Source: Catajapyx aquilonaris
Lineage: Eukaryota
Direction of reading: 5' to 3'
DNA: 36,423 nucleotides
Assembly (NCBI GenBank): GCA_000934665.2
Contig: JYFJ02000966.1
Coordinates: 62,001 to 98,423 of the forward strand
The notes below the pieces were generated by a model that did no database searches, was not told where the DNA came from, and saw only the letters and a program-made list of their open reading frames with translations. Within the stretch, counting starts at the first letter, position 1, and every line of letters starts with the position of its first letter. Shown piece after piece: positions 12,001 to 25,500 of this stretch. The position numbers were made by a program, and so were the translations under genes.

Positions 12001-15000
12001 TACGAATCAAATGATCATTTTAATAAATGGAAACACATAACCAATGAGGAAGATTAAATGTCAACATGAACCAAATTATGAATCCAATCAGCAATAATGC
12101 AAATGTATGAAAGTATTTCTGTAAATTTCGACAGGATAACATTTCTACTAAAATGTTGGTAGTACAATATTCTCAGCAATAAATAATAACGTGTAAGAGT
12201 AATAATGCAGGACTATTACTGAAGCGCCCTCCGGCAATTAATGCCAACCAGGTTGATTAGCGTGCTTTACCATGCCCATTGACTTTTTTCCCCTGTTTCT
12301 GCAGTTTCACATGAAAGCACGCAACAGGATAAGGACTCTAGCCCCTAATAGGAATATATTCTCTTTGTTTCTTCTCTCCCCCACCCCCCAGTATTATTAG
12401 ACGCCACGATCAGCAAACCACCTTGAATTTGTTGCATCGCAATTTACAACACGACCGGAGACAAGCACCTGTCAGGTAACTAACCAGACAGCAGCGAACG
12501 GGAGCCTCCCAAACACTGTAATGATGAAATTTAGAAGGAGCCTGTCTTACCTATATAGAAGCTGGGCTGCGGGCGCACGCGTTTCTACCGCCGACGCCCG
12601 CCAGGCTGCGTGGTGGTTGCTCCAACTGACCATCACAACTCCAAATACCAGGGCTTTATACGGCTGAATTTCCTTCATTTCGGATTTTCTTTTTTTCGAG
12701 TTCCCCCCCCCATAGCACAGTCCCAGCTGTTTCTCACCTGCTCTCATCTGATCGGTGAGGTCTGCAGGTGTTTTGCTCCAATGGACAGGTTTCCCCCCCA
12801 CAAACCTGTTGATCTAGTTCCTGCGCATTTACAACCTTCTCACACGGCCGCGGGAAATTATAATAATCTAAGAAAGGAATCGAGGGGGGGAAAAAGTACG
12901 CCACGAGCTTCCCATTTTTATTACGAATATTGCTGCCCTCTGTAATTTTCGGCCCCTAATTAACCCCCTAATTGCACTCCGGGGGAAAGACGCAGCAAAC
13001 GGTACGCTTTGCAGTGCTGTAATTTCTTCGGACGCCGTCTACTTTTATGTCGCTTAGAGTGACACGTCCCAAGCACCAAAGTACAATCACAATCATATAC
13101 ACAATGAAGGATGAATGGGGCTTGAACCAGTTCAGGGATTTATAATGTAAAACTATCTGCATTTATTCCTATATACGTAATTCTGTACACCCTCGTTCTA
13201 AGTAGACTACATATGTTTCAGTTTACTTACACCAATATTTACATAATATTATGTCTTTCCGGTAAGCTTGCTTGGCTCTTGATGTCGCAAAGGGCTACAT
13301 AAGTATAGCAACCAAGAAATGTTCAATAAAACAAACACGAGCACCCTGAATTTAGATTAGCTCAACAGCCAACCAATTTGTCCATTCTAAATATGGCTAC
13401 GGGAATGTTTGTTCCGATGTTTTATACAAACATTGTGACGTAAAAACTGGCCTGTGCTGCTGTGCCGTCACATAATTCTTTCAAAAATGTAATGTTGAAG
13501 CAAACATTTCAGTTTAACAAGAAAATGTTCTTCCGGCAATCTCATTACTTGGATACGTCAGTGAAGGACGGAAAGGCCAAGTACACATGGCATTTGCATC
13601 TTTTAACTAAGGAAGGTCGCAGGAAGAAAGTTTCATTTTATGACACAATAAAATGTTTATCTAGACGTGACATGTTTTAGTCGTCTATGTTGTCGTCTGC
13701 CTATTTAATAATTGACCTTTAGTTGATTACTGGAGCCCGAATTAAATTTAAACAACTTTTAGGGGAGTTCAATCTGAATAAACTGATGAGCATGAGAGGC
13801 TAACTAATTGATATCAAGAACCTGAGGCAACATGATAACCCACGAAGCGCAAGGATTTGTTACCGCGAGGTCATCTGCTGGGAGCGGTTTGAATGCAGTG
13901 TAGCGAGATATGGCGTAAGGAATAGTTTCAAAAAAACTTGTCCGAAAATGCGTCTGTGACAAGCAGAAGAAATTCTGATGATGTCCAGCCCCTCCCAACT
14001 CGAGGCCTCATCGGACAACATCCAGTTTTTGAGCCTCCTTTTCTTCTTTTTCCTTTCCATCACAAGCCATGGCCTGTCGTGTCCCGAGGGCCTTTTTTCT
14101 ATCATCCCGCATGCCTTTCACATACATGCAATCGGCGCCTCACAGTCTCCCGACCACGGACTCTCCTTTTCACATAATTTTTTTTTGTGCGTGTACGTCC
14201 TGCTGCAATACACCGGCCTGATGAGCGAATAAGGAATGCGGCTTGATCCTTACTCCCGTTTTATTCGCAAAACCGGATTCCTCTCATAAATCAGCGATTG
14301 GAGTTAGATAACTGGCGCAAATCGGTTACCGCTTGCTGTATTTCCCACCGAGAGACGAGATGCCGTCCGAAGTTACTAGCCAAATATTATGGATAATTTT
14401 GTTGCATACTGGGAATCTGTGTTATCATAGAACCATATACTCAACACAGTTGGTAAAAAAAACACAAGTTGGAAGCGACAGTCACATGAATACTGATCAT
14501 GATTTTAAACAATCGGACAAACGAAAATATTTTAAATTGGAAAATGTAATGATGTATGGAGGGACGCATACACGCCAGGATATTTCTCTGGCGGACCTCC
14601 AAATTGACGTGAATTGTTACGAAACACCTTGTGGACCGAATATCGTGGTGAGGTGGCAACGTGGCGGGTACGGGGCTTTCTCATCCCCTTAATGAAAGTT
14701 TCTAACCTTTGCCATCCATCAGAGGCAATTGGGGTTCTGGAGAGGCTCTTGACACCTCCCGAGAAGAGCCCGCCAACCTCCCGCCGATTCACTCTTTAAG
14801 ACTATACCTATACGCACCATGTTGCCACTCACAGGCTCTTCTTAACTAACGGAGCCTTTTTTTATTATAATAATAACACAACACTGAGGAGGCGATTCTG
14901 CGGTGCATTCGTCATGTGAGGATGCGCCTGTCAAGACCTGTCTTTTAATCATCGGATGCAAATCAGGGTTCTGCCGTTTCGCACTTTCCCACAGTGTAGT

Positions 15001-15877
15001 ACAGGGTGGTGCACCCCAGCATGATATTATATTTTGGGCTGGTTGTGTGACTCCTTCTTATACAAGATGATTCGGCAACCCTGTTGGCTGCGGTCAGTTG
15101 TAGGCGCGGCAGCAGAAGGATGGGTAAGGGAAACATTTTCACGGCAATCAGTCTATCAGGAGGTGAGATCATCAGTAGTCTCGCCAGGTAGTTCATTTGT
15201 TGATGGTTTGGGGAACCCCCCCTGCAGAGAGTGTGAATGAAATGGGGATCAATGTCGACCCACATTATCAGGCCCGCTTCCACTTAGAGACACTAAATGA
15301 CTTTCTTCTTTTCTATACTCTCTTCTCCTCTTCTTATATAGGAGAGTAGGCAGCGCCCTTTTAATACTGTCAACACCTTTTTGATGGTGGCTTGGAACAT
15401 TCATTATTCAAAGGTGCTGGCTTTTATTCACAAGACACTTGTGATAGGACATAATGCTTAGTACTAATTAATTAATGCATCTAGTTAACCACCTGGTAAT
15501 GGTAATCAGCTTAACACAGAATGTGCTTGAAACTGTGCACTGTCTGAGTTTTTTTTGGGTGGGGGGGGGGGCAATTATTACGTCTTTTTAAATAATCGGG
15601 TGATTAAGAAGGTGCAAGGGTGTTACAGCTGATTCCCGCCTGTGGCTAAAAGGTAGAAGTTAGATTTTTTTGACTTCTAAATTGCGATGGATATCAACCC
15701 TCCTTTTTCATCCACTTAGGATGTTGCAGTTAGGAAATTAAGGAAAAGAAAAAGTTTGGTTTGAAAGTTTCAAAAAAGAGGGAGAGAGGGAACTTGCGAT
15801 ATTTTCCTGCAGGATTTTTTTTTAAATCGAGGCCTGAGCTTTATTGAGATGCAATGCCCATAACGCTTCTTCAGCCG

Positions 15878-15903
15878 CCCTCCCCCTTACCCCTCCCTTT
15901 CCC
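15878..15903 (-). other. G-quadruplex (minus strand) / i-motif (plus strand) motif
   Basis: CCC-T-CCCCC-TTA-CCCC-T-CCC-TTT-CCC gives five C-runs with 1-3 nt loops. Confidence 0.55.
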
Positions 15904-17640
15904 TGCGCTATCTAAATTTTCTGAGGAAATTAATTTTCGTGCGCCACTTTGGCAAAGGAGGAAACCATCTTTTATCGAGTTAATTAGGAAAAACATAGGG
16001 AGAAAATGAAAAGAGGCTCCGGGGATGGGAAAGTGCGACTTCATTAGGATACGCCACAAAAACTTGTGTGCTGTTTGGGACTGGAAATGTGCCACCTCCT
16101 TCTTCATAATATATTTTTTAAAAGTACTTCTTCCTCCCTTTGCTTTTGCTTCCATTTTTCTCCCTCCCTGGCTTCACATCTACTCCTCCTGACCTGCCAA
16201 CTAACTTGTAATTTCCGAACCCAACCCGAGTAGGAGGAGGGCCACTTCCCCTCGCCATACATCTCCAAATATTATGTGAGGACTAGGCCTCGTTCCGACT
16301 CTCATTTCCACCCGGGCTTGTTACCAGACTGTCATCCACAATGTGTTGTTTTTAACTGCAACCTTGCCACTAAATTAGTTTTGTTAAAGGTTGCGCCTCC
16401 CATGATCGTGCTTGCTTTACGACCAAATTATTAACAGACTGCTCAAGATGCATTCTCACCCTCTCGAGGCTTTCAAGATATTGTCTTCTTGTTGTGCCGG
16501 ATTATACGTGTAGATCTATAGAATGATGATGATCCCTGTGTTTATAACGTCAGTTTGTGTCAAGAAGGTAAGACATCTGCTGTTGTTATTATCGGTTAAA
16601 AATGATCCAAGTTACTCAAGCTCAACTGTATTATGCTCATGCACAATTGCCCATCGATAAGGTAATAAGGTCCTATTGGCATTTACCTCATTTACTTTAA
16701 CAATGCATCGACTGATTGTTGTTTGCAGACGTCTGCAGCGCATCGCTTATTAATAAAGCAATATCTGACTGTGCAAGTCACACATTGGCATTGTTTCAGA
16801 AGCTTGTTTTATGGCCCATCATTATGTTTAGAGACGCATGGTGCTGGCTGGCACTTTAGAAAGAGAAAAAAAAGACAACAGAGAACAAATCGGTTTGATA
16901 TAAAATGAATGATTATTTATTTGTGTCTGCAGTCCCGGCCGATCGTGCGAGCTCCTTATAGACTATTGTTCCTGAGTGGACGTCCCGCTGTCCCCCTGGA
17001 CTCGCCCAGTCTGTGGCCAGCCTCCGTCTGACCAGTCACGCTGGAGAATTAACCACTCTCGGCAGGTGGGGGGCACCACCACCAGAGGGAGAAGCATGGG
17101 AAATATTTCGGAAGTCCCTCAAGCAACAATCGAGTTATGCCGATTTTTTTTTTTGAGAAGAAGGGGCACGCTATATCTCCATCGCGGTTCGCAGCCATGT
17201 AAGATCCTAATCCTATATACAGCAGTCGAGGAGTCACAAAACTTTGAATGGGCAATATTTGGACTCGAATCGTGTGGAGGGAGGGAGAATCCCCACTTTG
17301 ACAATGTTATTTTCTTCGAAAGGTTTTTGTTGTCTGGGTTAGGGGTGTCCCCCCCTTTCTCTCTTGTAGGAGGAAGAAAAGGGCAGCAGGAGTCCCCATG
17401 CCTCCCCCCACAGAGGCCCCCCTTTTTTTCCTTTGTCCTCACCTAACGTGCTGGGGACATCTATCCACCATTCAATTGTGTTTTGACAACTTCTGCCTCG
17501 TATTCATGGAGGCCTCCAAAAACCAACCAAACAATAATCCTTCGAAACGCTGCTGGGGTGATCGAGGGGGGAAAAGTCGCTTATGATAAATTGCGCTTGT
17601 ATACACCACAAGACAAACAACACAATGTTGTGTTGGATTG

Positions 17641-17716
17641 CAAAATGGCGGCCTCTGCGGCGTGCGCATAGTCTGCGCATGAGCAGATGATGGTGAGGAG
17701 TATGACCACACGTCAC
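17641..17716. promoter_or_regulatory. Promoter-like motif cluster (YY1/Pho, NRF1-like, CRE half-site)
   Basis: CAAAATGGCGGC (17641-17652), TGCGCATGAGCA (17674-17685, one mismatch to TGCGCATGCGCA) and CACGTCAC (17709-17716). These are motif matches only. Confidence 0.3.
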
Positions 17717-19482
17717 ATCCCTAATTTTCCTGGAGAAAGTGCACCCTCTCCTTATTCTCTCACCCGTTTTCTTGAGCTCCATTTCATTGCTTCGACTAGA
17801 GCTGTCAAAGTCCCGAGTAGCTTTGCAAGACGTTTCCGCCGAGTCTGAAAGGCGTGCGTGCGATTTAAGAGCCTTATCTTGAGAAGAAGGAAGGCAGGCC
17901 CAGGCAGGCAAAAGATGGAGGGGGGGGGGGCTAGAGGGAAGGGGAAGAGAGAGAGAGAGAAATATCATTGCCTGCAATTAAGCGAAGTTGTCAAGAGGCT
18001 CACAAGAAGGCGGAATGAGTGAGTGAGCACAGGGTGCACTTTCTATATAGGGAAATTTTCGGTGGGGTCCGCGTGCTTGCAAGGACATGGCCCCCGTGCT
18101 CTGGCATATATACCAGAAGGAACCAGCAGCCTCATACGTCACTGTCACACTGTCACAAACCGGCTAAATAGGCCCCTCGAGGCCTCTGACGTCGCCGCGG
18201 GGGGACTCTTCTTATACACGCCTCATTCTTATAATATTCCTAATGCGGTATCGCTGCTTGTGGGGGCGTAATGAGAAGGTTTTCTTTTGCCTCTCTCTTT
18301 GATGAGTTGCAGTGATTGTTAAAGGCTTTTTAACTATGTATAAGAAAAAAAAGAGCAGGGTGATTGAATGAGAGCCAGAATGGTCACTTCCAGCCCATCA
18401 GAACACAGCCTGTTGACTGTGGGAGGCCATGCAGCATACGAGGAATTCCCTGGCACGAGTACAAATAAATCGTCTTGGCCATCCAGTGCTGCCCCTTGAG
18501 AAGAAGACGACGACTTCAGCAGCATCCAGCGAGCAGTAGGTAGGCGATCACTGACGAGATAACTGTTTCTGCTCGATAAATTCTCGGGGATCTCTCTCTA
18601 TGTGATTCCTCCTGTTGGATGCGTGCATGGCGGTCTCTCTCTCCTTCGCATATAATATCCAAGAAGGGGGGGAAAAAAGAAGGAGAGAGAAGCGGTGTGT
18701 CTCCAGGGAGCATTTCTGTGGGATTGGCCACGGTGGTTTTTGCAGCGGGAAGTCCGTTTGGGTGGTCACAAAAACCGTGTCCAATTCACACTCCGACCCG
18801 ACTCGTGTCCTCCGAACCAGTTCTACTTGCTCGATTGTCCTGTTACGATGCTCAATACAGGTCCAGGACTGGTTTATGACCTCAACAAGTTGCATGACAT
18901 GTACGCAAAATGAGGACTGGCAGAAACTGCATGTCATTTTCTCAATATAATTATTATTATGAATTCACTGTATGAAGCAAACCTGTACAAAGAAGATATC
19001 CACTTGCTGACTGTCCGATCTTTGCCCATCCAGAGAGGCGCGATTATTATTTTTGGATTAATTTATGTGGCCCTTAACCCGTTGATTTAATCAGTAAATA
19101 TTGCTATCAGTGAGCAAGTATACCCGGGTCTTTAGTAATTGCCAGCATTCTTCTAATTGCATTCTCGTTCTTTTAACGCCAAATGTGATCTGAATGTACG
19201 TGTCGCGCCGTATCTCTTTGATAAAGTGTTGCGTAGTGTACGACCACATTCACGCGCACCATGCGTCATATCACTTTGAATTGTAGGCCTGCAACCTCCT
19301 ACCGAGCGCAAAGCCACCAATAAAAAATAATATAGTTTGATTAAGGACAACAACAGCGATAACAATCCGTTACTGTGCAATTAGCTATCAATTAGACCGG
19401 ATGAAAAAGCAAGTTTATTGTTGCCCAATTTATTTTGTTGCCATTGCGGGATCTTCGCTCCTGACTGTCACTTATCACGCAT

Positions 19483-19484
<2 letters not shown>

Positions 19485-19532
<48 letters not shown>

Positions 19533-19554
19533 TCATATTCATATTCATATTCAT
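19485..19554. repeat. Compound microsatellite (AAT)16 followed by (TCATAT)3.7
   Basis: A perfect AAT array runs 19485-19532, and TCATAT units follow immediately at 19533-19554. Confidence 0.95.
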
Positions 19555-22500
19555 GTACATTGTACAGGAATATGAGCTTGCAATAGAAATTGCTTAGTCA
19601 CAATATTATTGTGATTATAGGCAATTTTATATACCAGTTGCGACTAAATGGATAAGTCAGTTATTTTTCCTGCGCATGTTTCTTTTCTTATGACAAGATT
19701 TTATGGGTGTTTTGTCATATATGCCATTCATTAAATTTTGCTCTTGCGCGGGATCAATTATGTACAAGCTATAAACAATGTGATATCAGGACCCTATGTC
19801 GTGCCCGCGGGACACACATACCCTGCTAAGCCTGCCGGTCACTCCCGGAAATAATGCTGATTAAAATTTAACTAGTTCCGGGGAAGTTTTGATGCGACGT
19901 AACCTGAGGTTATGCTGTCGATGTGGGTTACTCTGCAGGTGGTGTTTGTGGCCAGAAAAAGGGACGAGAAGGTGGGTTCGCATAATATGAAAGGGAGAAA
20001 ATGAGAAATATAAGAGTCTTGCTGTGCTGGTTGGTCGGTATGGGGTGGGGTGGCAGGGGGAAGCGAGTGGGGGCCACCAATTTTCTGATTTCTCGATAGC
20101 TTCCCATTTGTGGGGTTCCTATAAGCGAGTAGGCAGCAATACCCCGAAAACGATAAAAATCTGCCTGCATATTTGCGGGGAAAAAGGGCATCAGAAAAGG
20201 AAAAAGTGTCTGAGCTGCGTTCGGTTGGCGTGCGGCCCGCACACCCCAACACACAACTGCTGTTTACTCTAAATGTATGCATCATATTTTCTTCGCTTTT
20301 TTCCCCCTTCTCAAGGGAGGGGCAGATACAGCTTTGGGCTTTTTTCTCTCTCCTTTCTATCCACCCATGGCGCCAGGATCTGTGAAAAGGCGCGGAAATA
20401 TTTATTTGCGATGTACCACCTGACTGGCTGCTTATTTGTATTCCTTTTTTTATCTCTTTTAGGCCACCTGAATGGATTTTCATTGTCTCTGTACACAGAG
20501 CTGGGGCCAGCAGTGCGCGGTAGATAATAGTAAAAAAAACTGTTTGCGAAATTTGTGTATAGAGAACTGGTTGTTTAAGGTCCTTTTCAACGACATTTGG
20601 AGCCGTCTCGGTGTCACTGCGTGACTCTAAATTGCTGGAAACCCCTCTTTTTTGCCATTGTTGCTTCTGGGGGATTCGGCCCGCAGTTGGCAAAGTATAT
20701 ATTGGCAGGTGAAGAGTAATTGCCAAAAAGTAAGGTGTTTTTCAGGGGAAATTGGCAGAGGTGGCGTCACGGCGACTATTCCTTTTTAGACACCCTGAGT
20801 ATGTCGTAATGATGTTGCATCTGCAGGTATTCGTCGAATTACATGAAGTATAAAGTATATCTGGTATAATTATTTTATTAAATGCGCATATGCGCCGAAA
20901 GTTCTTCCACCACGTCTCTTGATGAGAACATGAAAGACACGCACACGCAATATTATTAAGTGTAGCGACTGCTTCAAACTCGCATTACGAGTTCATGTAC
21001 TTTTATCAGCATGTTGATTATTCGTAATATTTGACACCATTGTAAGGACTTGAAATTATTTGCCTGACAATCTAAATCGGCCAGCTATGAATTACAAATG
21101 TTGCGATTGAAAGCATTTTTTTCTATCTTTTCAACTATTAATGAGATAACTGTTATGCCCACATTTTTATCTTCATCTTAATATGCTAATAATCGACAGC
21201 TGGGAGGTGATTTCCACTTTGGTTAATTACAGTCTGAAGTTCGCATCGCCATGTAAAACCAGAATGCAGCAGCAAGTAACACTTTTGGCCTTATCACACA
21301 TTGTGGCAAACATATGCTCCTTTTGCCTCGAGTGTCGGGTAATTTGTTTACCGCTCCGTTGGCGGGGCATCACTTTTAAAAAATAAGCACAGGCAATTGA
21401 AGTGATTAGATGTATCTGAGCCCCTCCGACCAAGCAGCGCCAATCATGACAAATGTGCCGAGGCGATAAAAGCACCATTAAAGAATGATAACCTGAAATG
21501 GGCTCAATCCAGCAGTGGTCTCCGACTGGTTAGCGCTCCACATAATATAGACTCCCCTTGTTATAGAAAATACAAAAAAAAGGAGAGAGATAAGAGGAAG
21601 GGAAAGAGAGGTGTGTATGTGCTGGCCTGCTGCTGATGCATATATGGACTACTCAGCCGCTCGCACAAACAGAAAAAGGCTGAGTCTTTGGAAATAATTG
21701 ATTGAATCGAGCTGAGTTGTGGCTCTCACCAGGCAGCCTCTTTTGTTAGGATAATGGGGCAAAGCGGGAGGTATGGGTTTGGGGGAAGAGGAGGAGAGGG
21801 GGGGGGGAGGTTAGTGCCACGGGGGCCAATCCAATCACCGGGGCCGAGCTGTCTCTCTCTGCCTACCTAAATATTTCATTTTTCCCTCCCGGATTGGCAG
21901 ACACCTCCGGGGCAGTGCATGTGTGTGTGTCTGAATCAAAAGCTGATGGGCAATGGGCTGTGCTAAAATATTGTCGGCTCAAAGGGACACGAGTGTGTGT
22001 GTCTGCTGGGGACGGACGCAAGCACCAGAAACTATTATGGGCGACAATGGCCGTCGACTCTCTTTTTTTTTCTCTCTCTCTCTCTGTATAAAGGACCCCT
22101 GGTCACGTAATGATCCCTGCAACAACAAAAGGAGGACGACGCTCAGGGAAAAAGATCAGGGGCGTTGTGTGGGGGATATATGTATGCAGGGATGTTTTTT
22201 TTTTGCATTGCAATTATTCCCTGCCAGGAATAGCCCAGGACCCACAATGGATGAGATTGCCATCCAGCGGCTGCTGGACGGATAATAATTTGGATTATTA
22301 TTAGTTATTAAAATTAGGGCAAATGCGATGCAATTTTAGCCTACCCGCTGTTGTATTGTGTGTTGTGTGACCTGGAGTCACGGCTGCCTTCAGTATACAT
22401 ACAGTTATAAATAAAACATCGCATTGTTAACCAAATATCCCCAAGGTTCACCCTCGCAAAAATGAAGGCAAGTTGCAGTATAAAAACTATCACTAAAATT

Positions 22501-25500
22501 AACACAATTTCGAGAGTTTTTCAGCATCCCTATATACGCCTGAGCTCAAAAATATTTCAGAGACTTGAATGCTCCTGTTTTGTAATTTGACATGAAATAT
22601 TTGGCTCGGTTATTTACCAGTTTTTTTAAAAAAATCGCCGACATCTTGGTTTTGTGAAAGAGGAAAACCTCCTTGAATGGAATTTTCAATGAAGTCGAGG
22701 GTTACATAAGGAGGACGGCAAAAAAAAAAATCCTGTCGACTGTGGGCTGGTCAGTTCCTTCTCCTCTTTCTTTTTTTGGGGTGGAAAAGAAGAAAGAGGA
22801 GGACCACAATTGAGCTGAAGGGTGTTTGTTCCTCCTTTATTGTGTTCACCCCCCCCTTCACCTTTCCAGCAGGTTGCAGGTCCCGGTCAAGTACTGGATG
22901 TTTCCATTCTCATTTTTATATTCCCTCCGTGAAAAGAGTCTCCCTCAGACTTGTGTTAATAATACACAATATATTGTGACAAGAGGGCTTGAGCAGCAAG
23001 ACGGAGAGTCCATAATTGAGCAGTTTCAGGCTGCGGAAAAAGGGAAAGGAAAAAAAAGGAAAAGGTTTCTATGAAAGAGTCGAAAAATAGTGGTGCCCAG
23101 GGGATTTTTTTTGAGGCGGCCATATTTGTTGTGTATGCAACATCCATCATCATCCCTCGCAGGACTTTTGTCGGCCGGAACCCAATGAATGATGGTGGCT
23201 GCCGGGGCAGGTTTTATTTTTATTGCAAGGCGCACGACTCTGGTCCCCATGGCAGTGTGCACTAACTGGACTGGCTGTGGTTGAAGGTGGGGTTAAGAAA
23301 AAGGAAGAAGGAGAGAAAAAAAATCAAGCGGAGAAGTGGGGGGAATGTCCACTATAAAAATGTCACCGCAGACTTGTGGTCTCTCCCGCCCTCACCACTC
23401 TTTCCTTTGTTCGCCTTTGCATCGGTCATGTTGCCATTTCCACATGGAAGGGGACACCTTTTTATGCTTGCCAACAATGCCACAATTGTTTATCCGGCAA
23501 CACAGCCCACATTGAACTCACAAAAAAATATAAAACTCGCACTGGGAGCGATCATTAAGAAATCGGGATCAAACGGCGAATCGGCTTAGCATAATTCCAC
23601 ATCTGCAGTCCATTTTGTGAATGCAGGTTGACAAGTAACGAGCACTTGATGGCTTTTCTATCAGCAGCCAATCGTGGAACCTGTTTCAGCGCATTCCAGA
23701 CCCATGCAGAAAATGGTCACTCGACAACTTCTAGTCTGCGTCTAATCGTGTTACAAATCTGCTTAAAAAAGGGAGCAATGTCGATGGTTTTTGGAAGCGG
23801 GGGAAAAAAAGTCCCGATCCCCGAGCAATCAATTACTGTAATGACTTTTCTGGTCCGAGAATCAGGCGCCGTTCATGAGACAAGGGACTATCACAGTAGG
23901 AATTCGGCCTCTAAATTATTTTGAGAAGCTGACCGCTCTCTTTTCCACACTTGAAGCAGCAAGACCCACCCATTTGGTTTGCCTGGTCAAATCACTCAAT
24001 AAATTATCAGCGCATTTTTTTTGCCGAATTGAGTAAATGTTGTCTCAGAGTGACTGAAGAATGCTGTTGTGTAAGGGCCATCGGCACATAAATTGTTCGA
24101 AATAAGATGGCCCATGCTGACATTTACTTTTGGAGGAGCGTTTTATATGTAACCAAAGTAAGATTGACAATGTGCCAAGAATATGCGTCTGATATTGTAG
24201 TTCCAGTACTCCAAGCAAATAATGAGAGTGAATGACTTTCCGCATGTAGCCCACCTTTTGTTGCAGTTTATGAGACCAATTTTTCTGTGTATGAAATGTC
24301 ACCAAGCAGATGTGTCTTGTCTCTCTACATATACCGGAATTACCCCGGGGACACTAGTTTTCCTGGAGACGGAAGCACGGTTAATAAGCAAGGGCCGGTC
24401 AGAAAGGCTAAAGGGAAAAAAAGAGAAGGCAGAGTCCCCAAAGAGTTTTGAGAAACTCGTTTGCTGCATGATAGATTCGACCAATTTTGGAACACACAAG
24501 GGGTTGGTTATGCAAATGGTAAGAAAACACCTGATGGTCTTCCGATTACTTAGAGAGTGGACTACTAGTCCACCATTTTCCTGTGAGCGGTTTTTGTGCT
24601 GGCCAGTTTCGACAGGTGCTGCTTCTGCTGCCCCAACACCTGCGATCACTGCTCGATTCAACTCCTTTTTTTTGTAGTGTGTCACCGATACCTTGTAATT
24701 CAGCTAACAAATTATGTCCACACCCATAAGTAAGACGGCTACTACCATACGGTAGCCGAACACCTCCGGGTGAATGCTCTTTGTTTGCGGGTTCTGTTGT
24801 TGTTTTTCCTGCCTGACTCGGGAATAATTCGGGAAGCATTGTTGTTGTTCGCAACTTGGCTTTATTTGCATTGTTTCAGTGCAGTGCAGGTTATCACGCA
24901 CTGCTTTGTAGAAGAATTATTATGTAACTTGTGGGTTGAAAGAGAGGCTATATTCAAGCACTTGTTACGTAACCACCGGAAAAAAGGAGGAAAATTGAGA
25001 CTTGAACCTGCTCCAAGAGAGGTACTTTTTGTGTCCGAGCGGTCATAATGGAGTGGATTATAATTCGAAACAAAGTGGCGTTTGCGTGCACATATTATCT
25101 AGTTATTATATGAAAGGTGCGTTTTGAAAGTCTTGCGTATATATAAAAAAGTTTATATATACACTCATATACATAATCGTCGCTAATAAAGCGGATTTTC
25201 CCTCAATATTCACATTCGCCAGTATATACCTGCGTACATTAAGGACAAATTGAACGACTTGGTACCTTGGTTAACCTGGGGCTAGGCAATTCAGAGTCCA
25301 CTTAAAACGCGACAATAACCCTGCTGACATCCTACATAAAATGCTCACGGACATGGCAGCACACAGAGTGAGTCAGTGATTCCCTGTGACATATATGCGC
25401 CCGGTACATGAGAGATAAGCTCGGGGCCAAAAAGCAAGCTTGTTACCTGAACCTGCCAATCGCTATAAATGGTGATTACCGACCCAGCAGCAGCGTTTTA

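Noticed and set aside
15362..15372. Partial matches to conserved miRNAs: miR-8-like TAATACTGTCA here, miR-31-like near 22637, miR-34-like near 23250, miR-1175-like near 24655, miR-125-like at 4764
   Set aside because: They match over only 10-12 nt, diverge over the rest of the mature sequence and lack a matching precursor. The 4764 match is part of a MITE TIR.
17371..17432. GC hairpin followed by a T-run, resembling an intrinsic terminator
   Set aside because: The context is eukaryotic and non-coding, there is no upstream gene, and the pairing comes from low-complexity purine/pyrimidine tracts.
18552..18581. Hammerhead-like CTGACGAG...CTCGATA, plus CTGATGA hits near 13783, 14218, 29159 and 31435
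   Set aside because: The conserved CGAAA and properly paired stems I-III are missing in every case.
19401..19586. Poly-Asn ORF
   Set aside because: It is simply the translation of the (AAT)16 microsatellite.
19872..20726. 284-aa minus-strand ORF, the longest in the window
   Set aside because: It has a non-ATG start and no domain motifs, and it crosses homopolymer runs and a G4 tract.
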